UHGV virus genome: UHGV-1360036
From: a virus
DNA length: 51,529 bases
Direction: 5' to 3' (one strand)
Numbering within the stretch: position 1 is the first letter of the stretch; each line of letters opens with the position of its first letter. The position numbers and the translations under genes were made by a program. The notes below the pieces were generated by a model that saw only the letters and a list, made by a program, of their open reading frames with translations, searched no databases and was not told the origin of the DNA. Of the stretch, positions 36,065-45,478 are shown in pieces.

Positions 36065-36152
36065 TTGCACACTATAAAATGTGTGCAAACCAAATTTCTT
36101 TTCTTGCTAAAGTGTTGTGAGTAGTGTTCAAGCGCATGAAAGCAACACATAA

Positions 36153-36224
36153 GGACTATTAGTTCATTGGTAGAACAATCGTCTCATAAGCGAAGAGTAA
36201 TAGGTTCGATTCCTATATAGTCCA
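36153..36224 (+). tRNA. tRNA-Met/Ile2 (anticodon CAU)
   Basis: Acceptor GGACTAT/ATAGTCC, D arm GTTC/GAAC, anticodon loop CTCATAA, T arm ATAGG-TTCGATT-CCTAT. One mismatch in the anticodon stem. Confidence 0.6.
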
Positions 36225-36286
36225 TTAGGCAGTAAAGTCTAAAAGAAAACAAATAAATATCTATTTCAGAAAGGAAGTACAAAACA

Positions 36287-36586
36287 ATGGAAGAAAGAAA
36301 AGTAAATGAGAAAACAGTTGAAGAGAGAATCGAAAAAGTAGAAAACAAATTTGATATTATTCTTGAAAGTCAAGCAACAATTATGAATGCAATCGGTTCA
36401 GTGATATGCATGAGCGAAATTAAAGATGAAGATTTGAAAATGAAGAATGCAACACTTGAGAATCTTATTAATCACAGAGATGAATGCATGAAAGAAGTGT
36501 ATGGAGAATCTTATGAAGAACTGTTTAAAACAATGGATAAAGTAGTTAATAATCTTGGAGATATTTTAGATAAAATATTCAAGTAA
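36287..36586 (+). CDS. hypothetical protein
   Basis: 99-aa helical ORF. Confidence 0.5.
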   Translation: MEERKVNEKTVEERIEKVENKFDIILESQATIMNAIGSVICMSEIKDEDLKMKNATLENLINHRDECMKEVYGESYEELFKTMDKVVNNLGDILDKIFK

Positions 36587-36590
36587 AGCA

Positions 36591-36619
36591 TTGACGTATA
36601 AAATATAATATGGTATAAT
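36591..36619 (+). promoter_or_regulatory. sigma-A-type promoter (TTGACG-17-TGgTATAAT) upstream of TerL
   Basis: Followed by the imperfect hairpin 36628-36670. Confidence 0.6.
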
Positions 36620-36706
36620 TAATTCAAACAGAAAGGCAGATGCACAGTGATGTATCTGTCCTTTTCTGCTATTACAAACAAATTAAAACAAAAGGAGAAG
36701 TGAAGC

Positions 36707-38065
36707 ATGGATATTAATATTGATGTTTCGAAAAGGTTCTCCACTTTTTTAACAGATTGGAATTATGAACAATACCTTTTATTTGGTGGATATGGTAGCG
36801 GTAAGAGTTATCATGTTGCACTTAAAATCATATTAAAACTATTAGAAGAAAGAAGAACATGCCTTGTTGTAAGGCAAGTATATGGAACGATAAAAGAATC
36901 ATGTTTTGCATTATTCAAAGAGATACTAGAAAAGATGAACATGCTAAGTGATGAATCACTACCAAACCAACACTTGCCGAAGAATGGAAAGGCTGTAGCG
37001 GTTATGTCACCAATGGAAGTAAGATTTTCAAATGGTAGTAGAATTATATTTAGAGGAATGGACAATGTAGAGAAAATAAAGTCCATACATGGTGTTTCTA
37101 TCGTTTGGATGGAAGAGTGTAGTGAAATACGTTATGATGCCTATACAGAGCTTCTAGGACGTATCAGAGAGCCTAAAATGTCACTACACTTTATTATGAC
37201 AACAAACCCAGTAGGGAAAGAGAATTGGGTGTATAACACATTCTTTACGCATACAGATGATAAAGGAAAAGAACACGTAATACAGGAAGAACAGGAGATA
37301 TACAGAAGAAGAACATTAGTAAACAAAAAGAATGGAGTATATTATCATCATAGTATTGCAGATGATAACCCTTTTTTGCCAGCATCATATATAAAGCGTC
37401 TTGATGGATTAAAGATTAATGACCCACATTTATGGGCAGTAGCAAGGTGGGGAAGATTCGGAGCAAGTGGAACAAGAGTTTTACCACAATTTACGATTGC
37501 AACAAACGCAAAACAGTTTACAAATACAATAACAAACATACCAAGTAAGTACCATTTCTTTGGTTTGGACTTTGGTTTTGAAACGAGTTATAATGCATTA
37601 ATTAGTTGTGCAGTAGATGATAAAAACAAAATACTTTACATTTATGATGAAGTGTATAGAAATCATATAACAGATAACAAATTCATTTTGTTGGGTGGAG
37701 TACAGAGAACAAAACAAAGAGCTGAGAATTGCAAGAAACCTATATTTGCAGATTCAGCAGAACCAAAAGCAATACAATATTATAGGCAAGAGGGTTTTAA
37801 TATGTATGCTTGTAAGAAGTATGCAGGAAGTAGGTTACAGAACACAAAGAAGATGAAACGTTTTAAAAAGATTGTCTGTTCTCCTAAGTGTAGAAACACA
37901 ATAAAAGAATTGAAAGATTTGACATATGCGAAAGATGCAAAAGGCAATGTGATATATGATGAATTTAATATCGACCCACATACGTTTAGTGCCTTGTGGT
38001 ATGCGTTAGACCAGTATACAGTAGCTGATATTAAGCAAATAAAGACAAACAGCAAGAGTGGCTAG
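36707..38065 (+). CDS. terminase large subunit
   Basis: Walker A GGYGSGKS. 452 aa. Nuclease-domain acidic residues in the C-terminal half. Confidence 0.85.
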   Translation: MDINIDVSKRFSTFLTDWNYEQYLLFGGYGSGKSYHVALKIILKLLEERRTCLVVRQVYGTIKESCFALFKEILEKMNMLSDESLPNQHLPKNGKAVAVMSPMEVRFSNGSRIIFRGMDNVEKIKSIHGVSIVWMEECSEIRYDAYTELLGRIREPKMSLHFIMTTNPVGKENWVYNTFFTHTDDKGKEHVIQEEQEIYRRRTLVNKKNGVYYHHSIADDNPFLPASYIKRLDGLKINDPHLWAVARWGRFGASGTRVLPQFTIATNAKQFTNTITNIPSKYHFFGLDFGFETSYNALISCAVDDKNKILYIYDEVYRNHITDNKFILLGGVQRTKQRAENCKKPIFADSAEPKAIQYYRQEGFNMYACKKYAGSRLQNTKKMKRFKKIVCSPKCRNTIKELKDLTYAKDAKGNVIYDEFNIDPHTFSALWYALDQYTVADIKQIKTNSKSG

Positions 38066-38123
38066 TATTTATAGGCTAAGTAAATAAAATGGAATATAGG
38101 CGGTAAATAGAAGTTTATAGGAG

Positions 38124-38399
38124 GTGTTAAGAATGCTGAGAAGTTGGAAGAAATTAAAAACAATTAAGAACAGTATAAAACAGTTAAGAGGAATGCAAGG
38201 ACAGAACATTGGTGATGATTATAGTTGCGGAGTATATAATGGCATAGAGTTATGTATGGCAATCATAGAGGAAAGAGAGCCAGTATTTGCAACGTATGAT
38301 TCAGAACCATTGAACATAGAACATGATGAAACAGTAGAAAGAACAGTGGCAAGCGGAATAATTAGGCGAGGTGGAAAGAATGAGAGAATTACACTTTGA
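38124..38399 (+). CDS. hypothetical protein
   Basis: 91-aa ORF. Confidence 0.4.
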   Translation: MLRMLRSWKKLKTIKNSIKQLRGMQGQNIGDDYSCGVYNGIELCMAIIEEREPVFATYDSEPLNIEHDETVERTVASGIIRRGGKNERITL

Positions 38400-38688
38400 T
38401 GTTACTGGACAGTTGTTAAGAAGAAACAAACAATGTGATTTTGAAAACATTGTAAGGGGTTCAGATAATTATTTGTGTTTGGTATTTCATTTTAATCAAG
38501 AATGGCAAGGAACAAAAAGAGTTATAAGTTTCTATGATGTAGATGGAAAACAAACAAATGAAATCATACAAGATAGAGTAACAGTGCCAGTAAATGTAAC
38601 ACATGGAAGTATGTTTTATTTTGAATTAACAGGAAAAAGCAACAAAACAAGAATAACAACAAACAGGGCATATATAGAACAAACATAA
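38371..38688 (+). CDS. hypothetical protein (possibly structural)
   Basis: 105-aa ORF. Confidence 0.4.
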   Translation: MERMRELHFDVTGQLLRRNKQCDFENIVRGSDNYLCLVFHFNQEWQGTKRVISFYDVDGKQTNEIIQDRVTVPVNVTHGSMFYFELTGKSNKTRITTNRAYIEQT

Positions 38689-38702
38689 AGGAGGTGTATA
38701 AA

Positions 38703-40691
38703 TTGCCTAGTGTAGATGAATTATTAAATATGGCAGAAGTAGCAGAAGCAACATTAACAGAAACAAATGACGTAATAGAGATAGATGCAGATACAAGAAC
38801 AATGATTATTCCAGACACAGAAAGAATATTCGGTGTTATGAGTGATGAAAAAGGTGAAAGAAAATATTTCAGATGTAAAAGGTTTGTTGGAAATGGAATA
38901 GACTTAAGCAAACTAGATTTAAGAGTTATTTATCAAAATGCAAGTGGGTTAGAAAGTGGAAGAGACAAATATATTGTAACAGACTTAGCAACAGATGGAG
39001 AAGATTATGTAACATTTAGTTGGGAACTAAGCAGAAAAGTAACGGCATATAAGGGTATTATATCTTTTATTGTTTGTGCAATTAAAATTGGAACGGATGG
39101 TATTATAACAAATGAATGGAATACAACACTTGCAAATGGTGTAGTATTAGATGGGTTGGAAGTAAGTGGAACACAGGAGCAAGAAAAAGAAGCGTATGAC
39201 TATTACAAACAACTTGAAGCAGAGTTAGAAAAGAAAGCACAAGAGGTAATAGGAACAATTCCAAGTGACTATACGCAAACATTAAAAGATGTTAGTAATT
39301 TAAAGGGAGAAGTTACAGATGGAAGAACGGATGTAGATGGAGAAGTCCATAAAAACATCGGAGATGCCATGAGAGGTCAGGCGAGAAAACTAAGAGAGAA
39401 TCTTGTTGTCCGTCAGAAAGAGCAGCCAACAGACCCGAACAATAATGTATGGATCTCAGATGAAGATGATGAGGTGGAAGTGCCGGATATGGGGGAATTT
39501 AATTCTCTCAAGGAAGATGTTGATAATATTCAAAGTATCGTTTATGCAAAAAATATTGATGAAATGGTGGTAAATTCAAAAATTACTACTACAGATATAA
39601 ATTTTGTCGGAAACGATTTTACAAATACAGATATGTTCGGTGGTATCGGTGGGTTTCAAACCCATCACAAATATAAGATGGTTCTTATCCCATCAAAAGA
39701 AGTTTATGCTAGTATCAAAGTATTAGATGGTATCAATGGTTCTTATATTGTCAACTTGTTATCAACTACTTATGTAGCAAAAGATAAGAGTATAGTCGTA
39801 GACATTCCAGATACAATTACATGGAATAGCAATATCCGTATATGTTTACTTGCCTCCGATACATATATTACTAATGGTAAAATTTACTTATATGATATTA
39901 CTGAACTACCCAAAGGCGTAATAGAAAATACAGATTTTACAACATGCACAAATCCGCTACACATTGAAGTTCTAGCTATATCAAATGAAAATGCAAAATC
40001 AATAGTAAATTATGATAACTGGTATAAAGGTAAGAAGTTATCGACTTTAGGTGACAGTATAACAGAACAGAATTTATGGCAGAGTTTCGTAAAGGACAAA
40101 GTGCCTTTTTCTAGTATCGTAAATAAAGGTATTGGCGGTACTAGGATAAGTGGGAACAATGAAAATGCTATGTGGCGGGATATTAGAATTAACGCTTTAC
40201 CTTTAGACACAGACGTATTAACAATTATGGGTGGAACGAATGATAGTGCAGCTTCTGTTGAAATAGGGGATTTGTCTATCACTAACCATGATACTAATAC
40301 ATTTGTTGGTGCTTATAACGTATTGATTTCTAAAGTATTGTATAAATTTTACAATTTATCAAGTGGTAAATATACAGATATAGATTATAGTGGGTTAACA
40401 AAATCTGATACATTTAAGGACATAATAATCTATATTATGACGCCGCCATTCAATGCAAATACGCAATACTCAGGCGAAAATTCAGTAAGACTTAAAGCTA
40501 TTGCAGATGCAACAAAAAATATCTCTAAAATGTGGGGTATTCCTTGCATAGATATTTATTATAATTCAGATATCAATACAGAAAATGTAAATGTCTTGTT
40601 ACAAGACGGTATTCACCCTAATAAATTAGGTGCTAAAAAAATAGCAAGTGTTGTAGTAAATGGAATGAAATCATATGAGCCAATCAACTAA
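38703..40691 (+). CDS. tail fiber / receptor-binding protein with C-terminal SGNH (GDSL) esterase domain
   Basis: RBS AAGGAGG then TTG 38703 (GTG 38694 also possible). C-terminal LGDSIT...GGTND...DGIHPN is an SGNH hydrolase motif set. Confidence 0.65.
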   Translation: MPSVDELLNMAEVAEATLTETNDVIEIDADTRTMIIPDTERIFGVMSDEKGERKYFRCKRFVGNGIDLSKLDLRVIYQNASGLESGRDKYIVTDLATDGEDYVTFSWELSRKVTAYKGIISFIVCAIKIGTDGIITNEWNTTLANGVVLDGLEVSGTQEQEKEAYDYYKQLEAELEKKAQEVIGTIPSDYTQTLKDVSNLKGEVTDGRTDVDGEVHKNIGDAMRGQARKLRENLVVRQKEQPTDPNNNVWISDEDDEVEVPDMGEFNSLKEDVDNIQSIVYAKNIDEMVVNSKITTTDINFVGNDFTNTDMFGGIGGFQTHHKYKMVLIPSKEVYASIKVLDGINGSYIVNLLSTTYVAKDKSIVVDIPDTITWNSNIRICLLASDTYITNGKIYLYDITELPKGVIENTDFTTCTNPLHIEVLAISNENAKSIVNYDNWYKGKKLSTLGDSITEQNLWQSFVKDKVPFSSIVNKGIGGTRISGNNENAMWRDIRINALPLDTDVLTIMGGTNDSAASVEIGDLSITNHDTNTFVGAYNVLISKVLYKFYNLSSGKYTDIDYSGLTKSDTFKDIIIYIMTPPFNANTQYSGENSVRLKAIADATKNISKMWGIPCIDIYYNSDINTENVNVLLQDGIHPNKLGAKKIASVVVNGMKSYEPIN

Positions 40692-40745
40692 AGAGGGCAT
40701 AAAGCAAAAATTTAGTAAACCAACCGCAGAAAGGAGAAATCACAC

Positions 40746-42167
40746 ATGAGTGTGTTCATAAAGAAATCTAAACTAAGAGTAAAAAATGAAGACGGAACAA
40801 GTTATACCGGAGTAATGAATGCCATAGCAGAAGAGAGTACAGAAGAATTAGTTAAGCAGATTGAAGCCAAGGGAAAGAAGACACTGGAGAGCATCCCAGA
40901 GGATTATACAGTGCTGGAAGAGAAGGTGGATAAACTAAAGGAAGATATAGATAACTTAAAAATCAAAAAAATCAATGTTGTTGATTATGGAATTAAAGAT
41001 AATGGAGAAGATGTCGCAGACGCTGTTCTAAATTTAATTGAAAGATTTAAATGGAAAAACGTAAATCTTTACTTTCCGAGTGGAACATATAAGTTTTCAA
41101 AACCGATTCGTTTTTACGGAAGAGTCAATGTTATAGGTGAGCCTTTTGCTTTTACTGCTACTGAAAGAAGCAGAACTGTTTTTGATTTTTCTCTTATTGA
41201 TTCGCAGGAAAGAGAAACATATTGCGTAACGTGTGATTATTTCACATTGTTTAAAAACATCACATTATATTCTGACGCTTATACGTTCACAGAAAACAGA
41301 AATGCCTTTCTATCAGATAGGGATGTGATGCCTTTTGTTGGTACTGTAAACAAACAGAATATATCTGGAATCAATCTTGATGATTACGGTCATGCAGAAA
41401 ATCTTTATGTGTTTGGGTTCTCAAAAACAGGTATCAACATGCATGATTATGGTCTCGCGAAAGATATTACATTTAGATTCACAAATGAGCCTATGATTAT
41501 AGGAACTGACAACATTATAGATAATATCAGATTTGATAAATGTGGTACTTGTATATCATCAATGGGTGGTGAAAATATTGTAACAAAGTTGAGAGCAGAC
41601 AGCATTATAGAAAAATGCATAACTGTCATTGGTGGGCAAAATCAGATAAAGGATTGTGTATTTGATTGGGTATATAAGAATGCATTGGATATTCGTGGAA
41701 ATGGCAATGTAATAGATATATCATCAGGTAGATGTGGCATAAAATTATATGATGTAAATCCTGTTACAACAAAATTAAGCTTTAGTGGGGATAACGGAAC
41801 AAATTTTGCCGTTGTAAGGTTGACAAACAGTGGAACATATGCACCAAAAGGAAATAAAGTTAGGATTAGTGGATATAAGAGTGATGTTTCAGACGATAAT
41901 AGAGGGAGGTGGTTATACACTCCATTTATAACTATAGTTACTGATGATGTTAGTCCTATTCAAGAAAATTATTTTGATTTATCAGTTAGTGACGTAGATT
42001 TATCAGTAGAGAATTTAAATGCCGAAGTGTATAGACGATTTATTAATTTCTTTTATACAACAAAACAGTTCAGTGCAATGTGTCTGTTGAATATGATTCC
42101 TGTTAAGATAAAAAATGCAAATTCAGACAATTATGCTACCTCATTTAAACAGGCATCATATGAGTAA
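40746..42167 (+). CDS. tailspike/depolymerase with pectate-lyase-like right-handed beta-helix
   Basis: VVDYGIKDNGEDVADAVLNLI matches the Pectate_lyase_3 N-terminal motif (NVKDFGAKGDG..DDTxAIQxAI). RBS GAAAGGAG. Confidence 0.55.
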   Translation: MSVFIKKSKLRVKNEDGTSYTGVMNAIAEESTEELVKQIEAKGKKTLESIPEDYTVLEEKVDKLKEDIDNLKIKKINVVDYGIKDNGEDVADAVLNLIERFKWKNVNLYFPSGTYKFSKPIRFYGRVNVIGEPFAFTATERSRTVFDFSLIDSQERETYCVTCDYFTLFKNITLYSDAYTFTENRNAFLSDRDVMPFVGTVNKQNISGINLDDYGHAENLYVFGFSKTGINMHDYGLAKDITFRFTNEPMIIGTDNIIDNIRFDKCGTCISSMGGENIVTKLRADSIIEKCITVIGGQNQIKDCVFDWVYKNALDIRGNGNVIDISSGRCGIKLYDVNPVTTKLSFSGDNGTNFAVVRLTNSGTYAPKGNKVRISGYKSDVSDDNRGRWLYTPFITIVTDDVSPIQENYFDLSVSDVDLSVENLNAEVYRRFINFFYTTKQFSAMCLLNMIPVKIKNANSDNYATSFKQASYE

Positions 42168-42223
42168 TTACTACTATAAAGAGGACTGTAGTTAATTAAT
42201 TAAAAAAATGGAGGTATAGCAAT

Positions 42224-42550
42224 GTGACAACAGCGGAAATGATAGGTATTGTGGTATTAGGGTTAAGTTCACTTATTGGAATATTTACAGCAATAAATAA
42301 ACCATTAAGTGAAAACACAAAAGCAATGACAAAATTAACACTAAGAGTAGAACAGTTGGCAAAAGAAATAAAAGAACAAAATGAAAAACTAGAAAAACAA
42401 AACAAAGAAATAGAAGAATATAAAGAACATGTGAGAAAAGGTCAGAAACAACAGTGGGATGCAATAGAAAGAAATGAAAAAGAAATAGGAGAAGCAAAAC
42501 ATGCATTAGAGTTATGTCAATTAGAAAATGGAGGTAAAAAACATGTTTAA
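42224..42550 (+). CDS. XhlA-like membrane protein (lysis-associated)
   Basis: N-terminal transmembrane helix followed by a Lys/Glu coiled coil. Immediately upstream of the holin. Confidence 0.55.
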   Translation: MTTAEMIGIVVLGLSSLIGIFTAINKPLSENTKAMTKLTLRVEQLAKEIKEQNEKLEKQNKEIEEYKEHVRKGQKQQWDAIERNEKEIGEAKHALELCQLENGGKKHV

Positions 42551-42773
42551 GAATTGTGTATTTAAACCAAGTGTTGATACTGTTGAATGGCTTAAGGCGG
42601 CAAGCATAAGAGCAATTAAAACAATGGCACAAGCGGCTATTGGTGTAATTGGTTCTAGTGTGGTTATTAGTTCTATAGATTGGAAGATGGTAGTTTCTGC
42701 AAGTGTAGTAGCTGGTGTTGTAAGCCTTTTAACGAGCATTGCAGGCATTAAAGAAGTAGAAGCCAAGGAATAG
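42528..42773 (+). CDS. holin
   Basis: 81 aa with two transmembrane segments (AAIGVIGSSVVISSI and VVSASVVAGVVSLLTSIAG) and a charged C-terminus. Sits between XhlA and the endolysin. Confidence 0.7.
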   Translation: MEVKNMFKNCVFKPSVDTVEWLKAASIRAIKTMAQAAIGVIGSSVVISSIDWKMVVSASVVAGVVSLLTSIAGIKEVEAKE

Positions 42774-42828
42774 TAGTGTAGCATATTAAAATTGATTCTA
42801 GGGGCATTATAGGAGGTCATAGAGGTAT

Positions 42829-43743
42829 ATGAGTAAAACAGCACAAGGATTAATTGATTTCGCAAAGAGTAAAATAGGAATTCCGTACATTTATGGAGCA
42901 AAAGGAGAAGTTGTAACACTTGATAAAATCAGAGAATTAAGAAGAACATACGGTTCTAACTGTGTTTGGTATAGTGATGATAACAAGGCTGGCAAAGTAT
43001 GTGTAGATTGTAGTGGTTTAATTAGTTGGTACACTGGTAAAATGCGTGGTAGTTATCAGTATAAAGAAACAGCAGTAGAAGTTATTCCAATCTCGCAAAG
43101 AACAAACAATAACATTGGTTGGGCAGTATGGATGAAAGGGCATATTGGAATTTATCTTGGAAATGATACATACATTGCCGCAGATGGTTCAGCATATGGT
43201 GTTAGAATTGCTAACTTATCACAGAACAGGTTCACACACCTTTTAAAACTTTGTGATATTGATTATGGTAATGGAGTAAAAGTAACAGGAGTAACAACAC
43301 TACAGCCAAGTGGAGGACACTATAATGTGCCAGTTAATTTCACATATGCAGTAAGAGTAGAGGGTGGAACAATATATCCGTTTGTTCGAAACCTACAAGA
43401 TTTTGCTGGTGTACAAGGCAGAAAGATAACAGACATTGCAATTAAGTGTGATGTTGGTTCTGTAAGTTATAGAGTCCATGTTCTTGGTGGAAGATGGCTA
43501 CCGTATGTTTCCGGTTGCAATTGGAGTGATAGTAACAATGGATATGCTGGTATTGGTAAAGTTATTGATGCTATTGAAGTTATCTATCATCCACCAGTAG
43601 GAAGTTGGCAGAAAGCGCAATACAGAGTATCACCAGTAAAACGAGGATACTATTCATGGCAGTATAATGATGAAAAAACAGGTGGGCAAGATGGATATGC
43701 TGGTGCATTTGGAATTCCTATTGATAGATTCCAGTTATTCTAA
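42829..43743 (+). CDS. endolysin, NlpC/P60 (C40) peptidase with C-terminal wall-binding domain
   Basis: IPYIYGAKGE...VDCSGLISWY (catalytic Cys), HIGIYLG (His). Confidence 0.75.
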   Translation: MSKTAQGLIDFAKSKIGIPYIYGAKGEVVTLDKIRELRRTYGSNCVWYSDDNKAGKVCVDCSGLISWYTGKMRGSYQYKETAVEVIPISQRTNNNIGWAVWMKGHIGIYLGNDTYIAADGSAYGVRIANLSQNRFTHLLKLCDIDYGNGVKVTGVTTLQPSGGHYNVPVNFTYAVRVEGGTIYPFVRNLQDFAGVQGRKITDIAIKCDVGSVSYRVHVLGGRWLPYVSGCNWSDSNNGYAGIGKVIDAIEVIYHPPVGSWQKAQYRVSPVKRGYYSWQYNDEKTGGQDGYAGAFGIPIDRFQLF

Positions 43744-43762
43744 AACAAAACAAACATTTAAT

Positions 43763-43785
43763 GGGTGGAGAAATCCACCCTTTTG
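43763..43785 (+). terminator. rho-independent terminator
   Basis: GGGTGGA-gaaa-TCCACCC followed by TTTTG. Confidence 0.8.
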
Positions 43786-43833
43786 TTATATATAAAACAT
43801 AAAATAATTATTGTTTATTTAATTAAATAAATA

Positions 43834-43862
43834 TTGACATATATATATTTATATATTATAAT
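43834..43862 (+). promoter_or_regulatory. sigma-A-type promoter (TTGACA-17-TATAAT) for the structural operon
   Basis: Perfect consensus hexamers at 43834-43839 and 43857-43862. Confidence 0.65.
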
Positions 43863-43894
43863 ATATTATATAATAGAAAGGAGTATAATATTAA

Positions 43895-45457
43895 ATGGCT
43901 AGTAATAAACAGCATAGTGTTGAAGTAATACAAGCATTAAGAAATTTTCCTTATTTTGTTTTAAGAAATGAAATAGAAGAGGGATATAATTTATATACAC
44001 AAGAATTGTTACAGATTCAGCAAAACTATATTGATTATAAAAAAGGTGCTGAATTTATAACAGAGGGAACAGCAGGGGATTATGTAGCATCAGATGTTAG
44101 ATTCAAAATTGCAAAAACATTGATTGATAAAGAAGCAAGATTTATGTTTAGTCAAACACCGGATTTTCTGATACAACAAAATTATGTTGATGAAGAAAAC
44201 GCAGAACAAGTACAACAATATCAAAAACTAGTAAACAAGGTTTTAAAGAACAGTAAATTTTCGAGAACATTGTTACAAAGTGCAAAAGATTGTTTTATCG
44301 GAAAGCGTGTAGCGTGTTTGGTTGATTTTTCAGAACAGGATGGAATTCAAACACATTTTTATAACAGCTTGCAGTTCTATTATGAGACAGATTATGGTTC
44401 AGACAGATTAACAAAGTTTATAAGTTTTGAAAGTGTGAACAGAACAAAACGAACAAGCCAAAAGAAGTATCTAGTAAACAGATATGAAGAAATAAATGGA
44501 CAAATATATTTTAGTTCAACATTGTATAATGGAATCGGCAATGTAGAACAGGAAGTTGTAGCAGAACAGATAATCGAGCTTGACTATATCCCAGCAGTTG
44601 TTATTTTGAATGATGGAACATTGATTGACAAACAAGGTGTTTCAGAGATTGAAGACTTAGCAATGTATGAAGCCGGGTACAGTAGACTTGGAAATGCAGA
44701 CATAGATAGTGAAAGAAAGGGAATGAACCCTATTCGCTACACAGTGGATATGAACGCAGAAACAACAGCTAATCTAAGTAGCGGAGCTGGTGCATATTGG
44801 GATTTACGTTCAGAACAAAACCAAAACGAAGTACATCCACAAGTCGGAACACTAGCACCACAGATGAACCATACAGAGAGTGTTAAAACGACATTGGAAA
44901 GAATTAAAACAACAATGTATGGAGAACTTGATATACCAAACATTTCAGAAGAAACAATGGTGGGAACAATAACAAGCGGAAAAGCATTGAAAGCATTATA
45001 TTATCCATTGCAAGTAAGATGTGATGAAAAGATGAAAGCATGGATACCAGCACTAGAGTTTATTGTTGAATGTATTTTGGATATTGCAATGTTAAACAAA
45101 GATGAAGTTGTTTCAAGATATGTTTTAACAGGATTGGATGAAATACAGTATAACATTAATATTTTAGAACATTATGCATTAATGGAAGATGAAGATGATG
45201 AAAAAGCGTCAGACCTTTCAGAGATTGCGGCAAATGCTAGAAGTAGAAAGTCGTACATTAAGAAGTGGAGAAAGAACGAATTCAAAACAGATGCGCAGAT
45301 TGATGATGAACTTATGCAGATAGCAATAGAGAACAATATGTTTGACAGTATGAGCATGAATGCACAGGTACAGGGAGAACTTGGAAACCTTGAAACACAA
45401 CAGCAAGTAGAAAAGAATGTACAACAAATTGAAACACAGACAAAGCTTGAAGAGTAA
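43895..45457 (+). CDS. portal protein (SPP1 gp6-like)
   Basis: YVASDVRFKIAKTLIDKEARFMFSQ. 520 aa with acidic C-terminus. Confidence 0.8.
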   Translation: MASNKQHSVEVIQALRNFPYFVLRNEIEEGYNLYTQELLQIQQNYIDYKKGAEFITEGTAGDYVASDVRFKIAKTLIDKEARFMFSQTPDFLIQQNYVDEENAEQVQQYQKLVNKVLKNSKFSRTLLQSAKDCFIGKRVACLVDFSEQDGIQTHFYNSLQFYYETDYGSDRLTKFISFESVNRTKRTSQKKYLVNRYEEINGQIYFSSTLYNGIGNVEQEVVAEQIIELDYIPAVVILNDGTLIDKQGVSEIEDLAMYEAGYSRLGNADIDSERKGMNPIRYTVDMNAETTANLSSGAGAYWDLRSEQNQNEVHPQVGTLAPQMNHTESVKTTLERIKTTMYGELDIPNISEETMVGTITSGKALKALYYPLQVRCDEKMKAWIPALEFIVECILDIAMLNKDEVVSRYVLTGLDEIQYNINILEHYALMEDEDDEKASDLSEIAANARSRKSYIKKWRKNEFKTDAQIDDELMQIAIENNMFDSMSMNAQVQGELGNLETQQQVEKNVQQIETQTKLEE

Positions 45458-45478
45458 AAAAATAAGGTGATATAAATA

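Noticed and set aside
42222-42224. ATG at 42222 as XhlA start
   Set aside because: It is out of frame with the long ORF (ATG-TGA). The start is GTG 42224 or the in-frame ATG 42239.
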